Virus record (IMG/VR): IMGVR_UViG_2541047797_000007
Strand: one strand, 5' to 3'
Length of the DNA: 40,315 nucleotides
Source: a virus
Taxonomy: Duplodnaviria; Heunggongvirae; Uroviricota; Caudoviricetes
Positions 1 through 7,093 of the stretch are shown here, piece after piece (the stretch's first letter is position 1; every line of letters starts with the position of its first letter). Below the pieces are notes generated by a model. That model saw only the letters and a program-made list of their open reading frames with translations. It was not told the DNA's origin and searched no databases. Position numbers and translations under genes: made by a program.

Positions 1-516
1 ATGAAATTTAAAAAATGTCTTCTGCCTGTGGCAATGTTAGCGTCATTCACTCTGGCAGGATGCCAGTCAAATGCTGATGATCATGCCGCCGATGTTTATC
101 AAACCGATCAACTGAATACCAAACAAGAAACTAAAACCGTTAATATTATTTCCATTCTTCCCGCAAAAGTTGCCGTAGACAACGCCCAAAATAAACGGAA
201 CGCACAAGCCTTCGGCGCGCTTATTGGCGCTGTCGCTGGCGGTGTTATCGGCCACAACGTCGGGTCTGGCAGCAATTCCGGAACGACGGCAGGTGCAGTT
301 GGCGGCGGAGCTGTAGGCGCGGCAGCGGGTTCTATGGTGAATGATAAAACCTTAGTGGAAGGTGTTTCTTTAACATATAAGGAAGGCACCAAAGTGTATA
401 CCTCCACCCAAGTGGGTAAAGAGTGCCAGTTTACGACAGGTTTAGCCGTTGTTATTACCACGACGTATAACGAAACGCGTATTCAGCCAAATACCAAATG
501 TCCTGAAAAGAGCTAA
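1..516 (+). CDS. yfgH: Host small outer-membrane lipoprotein, glycine-zipper type (YfgH-like)
   Basis: 171-aa ORF. Signal peptide ends in lipobox L-A-G-C (Cys21). Gly/Ala-rich zipper GALIGAVAGGVIGHNVGSG...GGGAVGAAAG. Lies next to a yfgI-like gene and a guaA 3' remnant, which matches the E. coli yfgH-yfgI-guaA neighbourhood as I remember it (not searched). Confidence 0.8.
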   Translation: MKFKKCLLPVAMLASFTLAGCQSNADDHAADVYQTDQLNTKQETKTVNIISILPAKVAVDNAQNKRNAQAFGALIGAVAGGVIGHNVGSGSNSGTTAGAVGGGAVGAAAGSMVNDKTLVEGVSLTYKEGTKVYTSTQVGKECQFTTGLAVVITTTYNETRIQPNTKCPEKS

Positions 517-531
517 TAATCAGGAGGAGTC

Positions 532-1071
532 ATGAAGAAAGTTTTTCTTTGCGCCATCTTAGCCTCCTTAAGCTATCCGGCTATCGCCTCATCATTGCAG
601 GATCAACTCTCGGCTGTCGCAGAAGCGGAACAGCAAGGTAAAAATGAAGAGCAAAGGCAGCATGACGAATGGGTCGCGGAGCGCAACAGGGAAATCCAGC
701 AAGAGAAGCAACGTCGCGCAAACGCCCAGGCCGCGGCTAATAAAAGAGCGGCAACGGCAGCAGCGAATAAGAAAGCTCGTCAGGATAAACTGGACGCCGA
801 AGCCACTGCGGACAAAAAACGCGATCAAAGTTATGAAGATGAGCTACGTAGCTTAGAGATTCAGAAACAAAAACTGGCGCTGGCGAAAGAAGAAGCCCGC
901 GTTAAGCGCGAAAACGAATTTATCGATCAGGAACTGAAGCACAAAGCTGCGCAAACCGATGTGGTGCAATCTGAAGCTGACGCAAACAGAAATATGACTG
1001 AAGGCGGTCGCGATCTGATGAAAAGCGTGGGTAAAGCAGAAGAGAATAAATCAGATAGCTGGTTTAACTAA
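532..1071 (+). CDS. yfgI: Host secreted/periplasmic coiled-coil protein (YfgI-like)
   Basis: 179-aa ORF. SD AGGAGG (522-527) lies 4 nt upstream of the ATG. N-terminal signal peptide (..SYPAIASS). Long charged K/E/A/Q-rich helical region. Followed by an intrinsic terminator. The symbol comes from length and context memory only. Confidence 0.75.
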   Translation: MKKVFLCAILASLSYPAIASSLQDQLSAVAEAEQQGKNEEQRQHDEWVAERNREIQQEKQRRANAQAAANKRAATAAANKKARQDKLDAEATADKKRDQSYEDELRSLEIQKQKLALAKEEARVKRENEFIDQELKHKAAQTDVVQSEADANRNMTEGGRDLMKSVGKAEENKSDSWFN

Positions 1072-1110
1072 ACGATGTTAGTAACTTCAAACCTATAATT
1101 CTTTAGGATA

Positions 1111-1140
1111 AAAAACCCTCTGTAGTAACAGAGGGTTTTG
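1111..1140. terminator. Bidirectional rho-independent terminator (yfgI and, in an unoccupied chromosome, convergent guaA)
   Basis: Stem CCCTCTG (1116-1122) / CAGAGGG (1129-1135) with loop TAGTAA. A-run 1111-1115 upstream and T-run 1136-1139 downstream. Confidence 0.8.
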
Positions 1141-1163
1141 TTCATTCATAGTGCAGGGTCAAA

Positions 1164-1207
1164 TCATTCCCACTCAATTATTTACGGACACCATAACTAA
1201 TTGAGTG
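1164..1207. other. Prophage-host junction (att core) containing a duplicated guaA 3' end
   Basis: The minus strand of 1164-1178 reads ATT GAG TGG GAA TGA = I-E-W-E-stop, the conserved GMP synthase C-terminus. An in-frame TAA lies two codons further upstream, so no guaA body precedes it and this is a short duplicated remnant. A 10-bp inverted repeat CACTCAATTA (1171-1180) / TAATTGAGTG (1198-1207) spans the junction. Confidence 0.65.
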
Positions 1208-1288
1208 ATAACATTTTTCCAAAGATGAATTTTTCTCGTACCGTTTTATATACCGTCACCGGAAATCAGTACCATGAAAAATGCCATG

Positions 1289-1771
1289 CTATCTGGTCAG
1301 TGTGTCGTACTGTTTTTCGCAGACTCTTCCGGCTTCGGCTGCCCGGTCAGCATACTCTGCCAGTTGTCTGTTTCTCTCGAGAGATTTGCTGAGCACGTCG
1401 GCAAGCAAAACTCCGGTGTCTGCGGCTGACGTCCCAGCGCCGACAATGGCGTTATACTGCCTGAGCTGCTCACGGATGGCAAAGAGTTGTTGCTGCAACC
1501 GGCCAGCGCGAGCGGCAGCATCAAGAGCATCATTGCGCGCCTGGTCGATCCTCTGCTGAGCTTCACGTTCATTGGCCACTTTCTCCTGTTCGTAGTACTG
1601 ACGAACTTTGTCTTCTTCGGCTTTGCGGTCTTCTTCCGCCTGCGCATACCCGGCACCGTACTGGCGACTGCCGTGTATATTCCAGGAAACCACTCCGACG
1701 ATGAACAGAGCAGCAAGCATCAACACAATAAGCATCTGTTTCCAATATGCTTTTACGAATGCCCAGATCAT
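1289..1771 (-). CDS. i-spanin (Rz-like)
   Basis: 160 aa. N-terminal TM helix (MLIVLMLAALFIVGVVSW) followed by a charged coiled-coil periplasmic domain. Lies immediately downstream of and overlaps the endolysin gene. Contains an embedded lipoprotein ORF. Confidence 0.85.
   Translation of the reverse strand: MIWAFVKAYWKQMLIVLMLAALFIVGVVSWNIHGSRQYGAGYAQAEEDRKAEEDKVRQYYEQEKVANEREAQQRIDQARNDALDAAARAGRLQQQLFAIREQLRQYNAIVGAGTSAADTGVLLADVLSKSLERNRQLAEYADRAAEAGRVCEKQYDTLTR
1297..1533 (-). CDS. o-spanin (Rz1-like lipoprotein) embedded in the +1 frame of the Rz-like gene
   Basis: Within ORF 1297..1716, the internal Met start gives MMLLMLPLALAGC.. (lipobox LAGC, Cys13). The mature part is Pro/Ser-rich and 78 aa long. 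It lies fully inside the i-spanin gene, the classic embedded Rz/Rz1 architecture. Confidence 0.7.
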   Translation of the reverse strand: MMLLMLPLALAGCSNNSLPSVSSSGSITPLSALGRQPQTPEFCLPTCSANLSRETDNWQSMLTGQPKPEESAKNSTTH

Positions 1772-2397
1772 ATAGCCAGCACCTTACTGGCAGTGACGTA
1801 CCGCGCGCGCCGGTCGTCGATGCCGTTCCGGCCACCATTGATAATCAGAGTTACACGTGCAATATCGCCGGTATACTTCATGCATCCTTTGCTGGCAAAG
1901 AACCACGCCGCGCTACGAGCCGCGTATTCGTCCTGCGCCAGCAGTTCAGGACTCTCCAGCAGGTCAACCTTAAGACCGTTTCCACAGTCACGATAGTTAT
2001 TCAAACCGGTAATCTGGATAAGTCCGCGACCACGGTAATTCCAGCCATCACCAGAGGCATTGTTACCCATGCGTTTGCTGTACACCAGATTTGCGATCGC
2101 GCGCTGGCGCTCGAGTGGCAATGGTGGCTCACCAGCACGGCGGCCCAGTGCGTTAGCCTGTCCCTGGGTGAGACGCCCAGCCCGAACGAAGTTAGCCAGT
2201 CCGGTGACGCTGTAGTTGAAATTTTCCTGCAACCGGTTGAAGCCACCAGACTCATGCCCGACCTGAGCAATAAACATTGCCTGATCTTCGGGTTTGCTGA
2301 TACCAAACTCTTTCATCGCAGAAGTTATATGCGAGAACCAGCGTGCGGCCAGCGCCTCGCTAATACCAGCAGCTCGCTGGAATTGTTTAATCTCCAT
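1768..2397 (-). CDS. Endolysin, glycoside hydrolase family 19 (chitinase-like)
   Basis: Start taken at MEIKQFQRAAG (Met78 of ORF 1768..2628). The upstream part of that ORF overlaps the holin-like gene in another frame. Motifs QVGHESGGF, YRGRGLIQITG and INGG.NG are typical of GH19 phage lysins. 209 aa. Confidence 0.85.
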   Translation of the reverse strand: MEIKQFQRAAGISEALAARWFSHITSAMKEFGISKPEDQAMFIAQVGHESGGFNRLQENFNYSVTGLANFVRAGRLTQGQANALGRRAGEPPLPLERQRAIANLVYSKRMGNNASGDGWNYRGRGLIQITGLNNYRDCGNGLKVDLLESPELLAQDEYAARSAAWFFASKGCMKYTGDIARVTLIINGGRNGIDDRRARYVTASKVLAI

Positions 2398-2695
2398 GTT
2401 TAGACCTCGATATTTTGAAAATATGAACAACGTTACCGCGTGTTTTAATAACCGCGGCAAGCATGACAGCGTTGATAATGACCTCAGATAAATCCACAGC
2501 CATTGGCGTGCGTAACCAGATTGCATAGACGACACGAACAGGAATACTTGCCGCAGCAACAATAAGGAAATAAGCAAGCCACCCTCCCCATCTTCGATGT
2601 TGAGAGCCGTTACGCCGGAATGTGACAACGCGAATTGCTATGCCAGTACAAATAACTGCATTGGTGATAAGCAAAAAAAACTCATGCGTTACCAT
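2387..2695 (-). CDS. Holin-like small membrane protein
   Basis: 102 aa with three hydrophobic helices and a charged C-terminus. Overlaps the endolysin start by 11 nt and lies downstream of another membrane protein. Confidence 0.65.
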   Translation of the reverse strand: MVTHEFFLLITNAVICTGIAIRVVTFRRNGSQHRRWGGWLAYFLIVAAASIPVRVVYAIWLRTPMAVDLSEVIINAVMLAAVIKTRGNVVHIFKISRSKHGD

Positions 2696-3086
2696 CGTCT
2701 TTTCTCCCCGGAATTAACTCGCGTGGATTATCGGAACGGTGATAGAGCCAGATGCCAATACGCACGGCGACAATTGCTGACACGAATGCGCCTGCAGAGA
2801 AAACAATCCCTTTTTCAAAAGAGTCCTGCGTGATGGTAGGGATCAGGCTGGCTATGCCGATAAGAATTGATGCTGCTGGTTTGTAAAAGAGAAGGCCGCA
2901 AAGAAAGCTGAGCATCGACAGGAGCACCCGGCGACGGATGGGGTACTCTACTGCAGAGGTAACAAAAATTACCGCCCCAGCCAAAGCCCCTAAAGCAACC
3001 TCCGGAGGGACACCTGCAATAACCGCAGCAAGAGAACTAACACTAAGCCACTGATTTGAAGTTTCATTGGTTAGTTGGAATGACAT
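2682..3086 (-). CDS. Holin/antiholin-like membrane protein
   Basis: 134 aa with about 4 predicted TM helices and a charged tail (RSDNPRELIPGRKDDGNA). First gene of the lysis cassette. Confidence 0.6.
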   Translation of the reverse strand: MSFQLTNETSNQWLSVSSLAAVIAGVPPEVALGALAGAVIFVTSAVEYPIRRRVLLSMLSFLCGLLFYKPAASILIGIASLIPTITQDSFEKGIVFSAGAFVSAIVAVRIGIWLYHRSDNPRELIPGRKDDGNA

Positions 3087-3158
3087 AACGAAACCCGTTT
3101 ATTTGCAAACACCCTGCTTCAGGAAAAGTATACCGCGCAACAACACACCATTTACGGT

Positions 3159-5621
3159 TCAATTCCCTGTTAATTGCAAAACTTGCTCTTCCAGCTTTTT
3201 AACCCTGCGTCTCATCATCGCAGATTCCAGAATCAGAGCCTCTTCATAACGGATACCGTAACATTCACCAGCCTCGACGGCTTCGCGTACCAGAACCTTT
3301 GTCTGTATAAGTGGGTAAACTCCTGCAGAATGCTCTTCTTCCGTCACATCCCTGTATTCTGCCGGGGTCTCATTCCACTTGTCATAACAGATAAATGCCA
3401 GTCGTGACACATCTATGCCTTCATTCTGAAATACACTGATAACATGCTGCGCAACTGCACCAAAGTGCCATCTTGCTCCGTCTTTACCTTTCACTTCGAT
3501 CCTGTCAAGGTACTGGTATGAAACCCATTCCACTCTTTCCCATGCGTCCAGTATTTTCTCATCAATAACCTCTGGAGCAGTCTTGAAACGCGCATCGGAC
3601 AGCACCGTAAACGCTGACTGGGTAAATCCCCCCGACCATGCACGACCAGCCAACCCAAGAGAATAAGTATTCGTTGTCGATGGTGTCATGGCTGAATCAG
3701 AAAACTGTATATATTCTGAATTTCCAGTAGATATTCGAATATTTCCATTTATTAGCGACATAGTGCCTTTAGTATTATCACTATTGAATAATTTCAATTG
3801 CGAACTTATACCGCCTCCCACAGCCAGAGATACATCGCCTTCAGCAAGCATTCTGAATTTATCTGCAGAAACAAGCGTCTGGTTAGCAAGGTTAAAATAT
3901 TTAACCCACCATTCAAAACGCCCTGACATAGTCCCAACGTACTGACCAAGCGCAGGGACGTGAACAACATTGCTATTTGTAGTGCCGTCTATACTGGAAA
4001 TACCAGTCACCGCTGATGCAGAACTCAGAATATTATTTCTGTCACCCGGATGTTTAATTTCAACAAAGTTCCTGATACACCCTTCCTCGAAGGTAACCAC
4101 GCCGGAAGAACTATACATGGGGAATATTGACGCATAATTACTGCGTGCAGCATCTAAGAAACGAATGGTTGTAGATGTCTGCAGATCTCCTGATTCATTT
4201 TTCCCATCACACCCAGTCATTAGAATATTACTGGCAATATTATTATTTCCCTGAACGGTGACGCCGTGCGCCTGCTTTGCGTCCGATTCAGAGTAATCAA
4301 CCAGCACATCCGAAATCAGGTTACCAGTCCCCTTGCCAACAACTACTGCGGCGTATTTTGGGTTGTTAGCCATTACACTGCTAATGATATTATTCGTTGG
4401 GGCAGTTTCCGTCTCAGTTCCATTGTAAACAACGTGCTGACACTCTTCACCAATAACATTGCTGACAATGTTATATTTTGCTGCTGTTTTAAGTTCCACT
4501 GCACCAAACTGAGGATAATTTCTGGCTATCACACCATCAATTAGCGTATTTTGCGATGAATCAAAAAGCACACAACCTGCTTTTTTATTATTTGCGAACC
4601 CTAAATACTCTCCTCTTATATCTCTAACAATGTAACCTGACGGAATACCATTATCCGGATAAGCGATCAAGCTAAATCCTGGTCCTCGCGTATTTGTAAA
4701 TCTGATATTTTTAACCGATACATCATGGCCACCTGAAAATGACACCTGGTGTCCCTGCACACTATCATCTGATTTATTTCCCATAATTGTTAGCGTACTA
4801 AGCATGCCACCATCGGGCATGTTAAAAACCAGATGATTACCATCTCTGTCATACTGTTTTATCGTTCCCCCACCTGTTCCGTACAAGCCACAACGTGAAA
4901 GAGAAACTAAAGATGTATTGAATACCCCTTCCGGAACAAAAACACTGCTAAACGAATGTAATGATTTTGTAAAAGCATCCTTGTTATCATTTAAGATTCC
5001 ATTTTGAGCTCCAAAATCCTTAATGCTGACACCATCACGCATCTTATCCTGGAACGTTCTGTATACCGCTCCAGAACCATACTGAATAAACCAACCAAAA
5101 CCACCAATAACTCCGGCGATTGCAGCATCGACATAATTACGCATTGAGCGATTATTTACAGCGTCCTGCTCAAGTGATGGATCGGCAAGGTTAGATATTC
5201 TGTTTTGCTTTGCATCGTAATATTTTGCAAGCAAAGATGGTTTCATCAATGCACGTCTGAACCACCCAAAACATCGCTGGATCAGCATCGTCAGGTAGTC
5301 AAATGCATCCTCATGAACTTCGGGGAAAAATTTTCCCTGATTGCGAAGATCAGTCTCCTGCACCACATCAAGCACACGCTCTATCGTGATTCGCCAGCCA
5401 GCAGCAAGCGGCGACGGAAGAACCACTGCACCGCCACTATAAGTTCCCGCCCCTGTTACCGTATAACCAGCATCCAGCACTAGTTTTGTAACGTTACCGT
5501 TAAGGTCAGACACCTGAACAACCAGGTCGGATTTTTTGAAAATACGGAAGGTATACGGAAATGATGTCGTAACGCCGTTACCTGTGTATTCGTTGTGGTC
5601 AACTTCGGTTGAGACCGTCAT
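3159..5621 (-). CDS. Tailspike: conserved N-terminal particle-binding domain, beta-helix body, C-terminal intramolecular chaperone (peptidase S74-like) domain
   Basis: 820 aa. The N-terminus MTVSTEVDHNEYTGNGVTTSFPYTFRIF... is the adaptor shared by epsilon15/phiV10-type tailspikes. The centre is rich in beta-helix-like repeats (NIRFTNTRGPGFS..). The last 146 aa start at S-D-A-R-F-K (nt 3162-3599), the autocleaving chaperone motif of endosialidase / T5 L-shaped fibres. Confidence 0.85.
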   Translation of the reverse strand: MTVSTEVDHNEYTGNGVTTSFPYTFRIFKKSDLVVQVSDLNGNVTKLVLDAGYTVTGAGTYSGGAVVLPSPLAAGWRITIERVLDVVQETDLRNQGKFFPEVHEDAFDYLTMLIQRCFGWFRRALMKPSLLAKYYDAKQNRISNLADPSLEQDAVNNRSMRNYVDAAIAGVIGGFGWFIQYGSGAVYRTFQDKMRDGVSIKDFGAQNGILNDNKDAFTKSLHSFSSVFVPEGVFNTSLVSLSRCGLYGTGGGTIKQYDRDGNHLVFNMPDGGMLSTLTIMGNKSDDSVQGHQVSFSGGHDVSVKNIRFTNTRGPGFSLIAYPDNGIPSGYIVRDIRGEYLGFANNKKAGCVLFDSSQNTLIDGVIARNYPQFGAVELKTAAKYNIVSNVIGEECQHVVYNGTETETAPTNNIISSVMANNPKYAAVVVGKGTGNLISDVLVDYSESDAKQAHGVTVQGNNNIASNILMTGCDGKNESGDLQTSTTIRFLDAARSNYASIFPMYSSSGVVTFEEGCIRNFVEIKHPGDRNNILSSASAVTGISSIDGTTNSNVVHVPALGQYVGTMSGRFEWWVKYFNLANQTLVSADKFRMLAEGDVSLAVGGGISSQLKLFNSDNTKGTMSLINGNIRISTGNSEYIQFSDSAMTPSTTNTYSLGLAGRAWSGGFTQSAFTVLSDARFKTAPEVIDEKILDAWERVEWVSYQYLDRIEVKGKDGARWHFGAVAQHVISVFQNEGIDVSRLAFICYDKWNETPAEYRDVTEEEHSAGVYPLIQTKVLVREAVEAGECYGIRYEEALILESAMMRRRVKKLEEQVLQLTGN

Positions 5622-5674
5622 GTTAAATCTCCAGATAGTCGCAGCACCCGTTGCGCCGCATATCTGGTTATTCT

Positions 5675-5696
5675 ATTACCTGAAAAACCACATATG
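5675..5696 (-). promoter_or_regulatory. Conserved motif (minus strand CATATGTGGTT-N5-GGTAAT) upstream of the tailspike/lysis cassette; candidate activator-dependent late promoter
   Basis: 18 of 23 positions are identical to a copy at 24506-24527 upstream of the portal operon. A TAGAAT -10-like hexamer follows on the minus strand, with no -35 match. Confidence 0.4.
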
Positions 5697-5724
5697 GATA
5701 GAAAGAGTATGAATACGAATAGAT

Positions 5725-5741
5725 ATTACCTTTCGGGTAAT
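5725..5741. promoter_or_regulatory. 17-bp operator-like palindrome ATTACCTTTCGGGTAAT
   Basis: Perfect TTACC-N5-GGTAA dyad, one of 15 copies in the prophage. Abuts a TTGCAA -35-like hexamer (5742-5747). Confidence 0.65.
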
Positions 5742-5779
5742 TTGCAAAACGTGCTGGATAGCAAACAAATTATTTGATA

Positions 5780-5795
5780 CTGTATAAATATACAG
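5780..5795. promoter_or_regulatory. LexA (SOS) box
   Basis: taCTGTATAAATATACAGtt is a perfect CTGT-N8-ACAG with an AT-rich centre. It lies 22 nt upstream of ATG 5818. Confidence 0.8.
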
Positions 5796-5817
5796 TTATT
5801 GCATGGAGAAGATTAAG

Positions 5818-6075
5818 ATGCAGCAGTATCACTATCCACTGGAAGAGGGATTTACCGAAAGGATTCACACGCCGGGAGGCGTCAGGTCACTGGTGGAGGG
5901 ATCGCACTTGATGAAATTACTCCGGGATCTCGATAAGGATGGATTTAATGTCGATGGCCCACTTGCCGAACTGACTGCACTGATTAACTACGTCACCAGC
6001 TCACAGATGTCTATGCAGGATCTGCAAACACATCTCGACTATTGTGCCGAACAATTACGAAAACAAACCAGATAA
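5818..6075 (+). CDS. Small SOS-controlled antirepressor candidate (paralog of the Ant C-terminal domain)
   Basis: 85 aa from the second ATG of ORF 5803..6075 (SD GGAG 5806-5809, 8-nt spacing). About 40% identical over about 77 aa to the C-terminus of the 218-aa antirepressor (shared PL..G...IH.P.GV..L.E.S.LM.LL..L..DG..V.G..AELT......Y........D.QTH..Y). A LexA box lies directly upstream. Confidence 0.7.
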   Translation: MQQYHYPLEEGFTERIHTPGGVRSLVEGSHLMKLLRDLDKDGFNVDGPLAELTALINYVTSSQMSMQDLQTHLDYCAEQLRKQTR

Positions 6076-6078
6076 GGT

Positions 6079-6107
6079 TTGCAATTACCAAATGGAGTGC
6101 TTATATT
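6079..6107 (+). promoter_or_regulatory. Sigma70-type promoter of the c4-like RNA/ant unit
   Basis: TTGCAA (6079-6084), 17-nt spacer, TATATT (6102-6107). The predicted +1 falls inside operator 6106-6122. Confidence 0.65.
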
Positions 6108-6122
6108 TACCTTTGCGGTAAA
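6106..6122. promoter_or_regulatory. 17-bp operator-like palindrome TTTACCTTTGCGGTAAA
   Basis: TTACC-N5-GGTAA dyad overlapping the -10/+1 of the promoter at 6079-6107. Confidence 0.65.
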
Positions 6123-6211
6123 TTTACATCGCACTCCTCTTGTGCCATAGTAATCGGGCACTGGCAAAATCCAGTGCCGGGATTGGTCTCCCGGATTACT
6201 AAGTGGCGCAT

Positions 6212-6234
6212 ACCACGCCAGACGTGGTTTTTTT
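6212..6234 (+). terminator. Intrinsic terminator/attenuator inside the ant leader
   Basis: Stem ACCACG (6212-6217) / CGTGGT (6223-6228) with loop CCAGA, followed by a run of 7 T (6228-6234). An alternative helix 6204-6208 : 6216-6220 competes with it. Confidence 0.6.
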
Positions 6235-6264
6235 ATGCGTATAGCACAGTCATGCCAGAATTAT

Positions 6265-6340
6265 GGTGGGCTGAATGGGGGTCCGAAAGGACGCCGGTAC
6301 CACTTAGGCCGGTAAGACCAACTCCGTTCAGTTCACCACC
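6265..6340 (+). ncRNA. c4-like antisense RNA (P1/P7 immI type) controlling the antirepressor gene
   Basis: 76-nt multi-helix element. Closing helices are 6265-6269:6336-6340 and 6271-6278:6324-6331. Inside are a GTCC-GAAA-GGAC hairpin (6281-6292) and a CCGG hairpin with an 11-nt loop (6294-6312). Loop CCACTTAG (6300-6307) and single-stranded AGACCAA (6315-6321) are complementary to CTAAGTGG/TTGGTCT boxes found both upstream (6199-6206 / 6183-6189) and downstream (6375-6382 / 6347-6353, overlapping the ant SD). No credible ORF. Confidence 0.65.
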
Positions 6341-6392
6341 ATCTGATTGGTCTCAGCGGTGGTGATGTAATTCGCTAAGTGGAGACGCCATC

Positions 6393-7049
6393 ATGAACGC
6401 TCAACTCATCCCCGTATTCAACGGCACTATATCTAACGAAACAGCCCTACTTTGTAATGCCCGCGATCTGCACGCTTTTTTAGGTGTTAAAAAGGTGTTT
6501 GCAGCATGGATTACAAATCGCATATCAGAATACGAATTCATTGAAAATCAAGACTATATTTTGCTTTCCAATTTGGGAAAGCAAACATCTGGTAGAGGCG
6601 GCCACAACCGCAAAGAGTACCACCTCACCCTTGATACAGCCAAAGAGCTGGCGATGGTCGAGCGTAACGAAAAAGGTCGTCAGGTACGACGCTACTTCAT
6701 TGAATGCGAGAAACGTTTAAGACAACAAGAAACAAAAGTGGAGAAGGTCTTGTCAGGCTTCATGCCCGCCATTATGGAGGCGATCAAGCTGGAAGACAAA
6801 AAAGAATACAGTGCCCCGCTGAAGCCCGGCTACCGCAGCCTGATTCATTCGCCGTCTGGTGTTCTCGGCCTGACGGAGAACTCACTGCTGATGAATCTGC
6901 TGAACCAGTTACAGGAAGACGGGCACGACGTATCGGGCGCGGCGGCGGAACTGACCACCATGTTCTGCTACATCGTCGGTGTGAGCAAATGCCTGCGTGA
7001 TATCCAGACCCACGCGGAGTACATCAACGACAAGGCAGGGTTCTTCTGA
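6393..7049 (+). CDS. ant: Antirepressor, AntA/AntB-type N-terminal domain plus C-terminal domain shared with the 85-aa protein
   Basis: 218 aa. The N-terminal 110 aa match the AntA/AntB pattern (ARDLH.FL.V...F..WI..RI..Y.F.E..DY........GG.....[12 protein letters not shown]....G...R.YFIE.E). SD GGAG 6381-6384. Terminator downstream. Confidence 0.8.
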   Translation: MNAQLIPVFNGTISNETALLCNARDLHAFLGVKKVFAAWITNRISEYEFIENQDYILLSNLGKQTSGRGGHNRKEYHLTLDTAKELAMVERNEKGRQVRRYFIECEKRLRQQETKVEKVLSGFMPAIMEAIKLEDKKEYSAPLKPGYRSLIHSPSGVLGLTENSLLMNLLNQLQEDGHDVSGAAAELTTMFCYIVGVSKCLRDIQTHAEYINDKAGFF

Positions 7050-7058
7050 CAGAACGGC

Positions 7059-7080
7059 GGCACAGGGATGTGCCTTTAAA
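7059..7080 (+). terminator. Intrinsic terminator after ant
   Basis: Stem GGCACA (7059-7064) / TGTGCC (7069-7074) with loop GGGA, followed by TTTAAATAATT. Confidence 0.6.
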
Positions 7081-7093
7081 TAATTCTGTACGA

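Noticed and set aside
1201-1559. Plus-strand ORFs 1201..1392 and 1281..1559 at the prophage end
   Set aside because: They are antisense to the spanin genes and cross the att-proximal non-coding region. No RBS and Cys/Arg/Ser-rich sequence.
1768-2628. Full-length 286-aa version of the endolysin ORF
   Set aside because: The N-terminal 77 codons overlap the holin-like gene in another frame and look non-protein-like. A GH19 domain of normal length starts at Met78 (2397).
6042-6365. 107-aa plus-strand ORF covering the ant leader
   Set aside because: No RBS and implausible Trp/Arg/Pro/Ser-rich composition. It runs straight through a T7-tailed terminator and the structured c4-like element, so the region is better explained as RNA.
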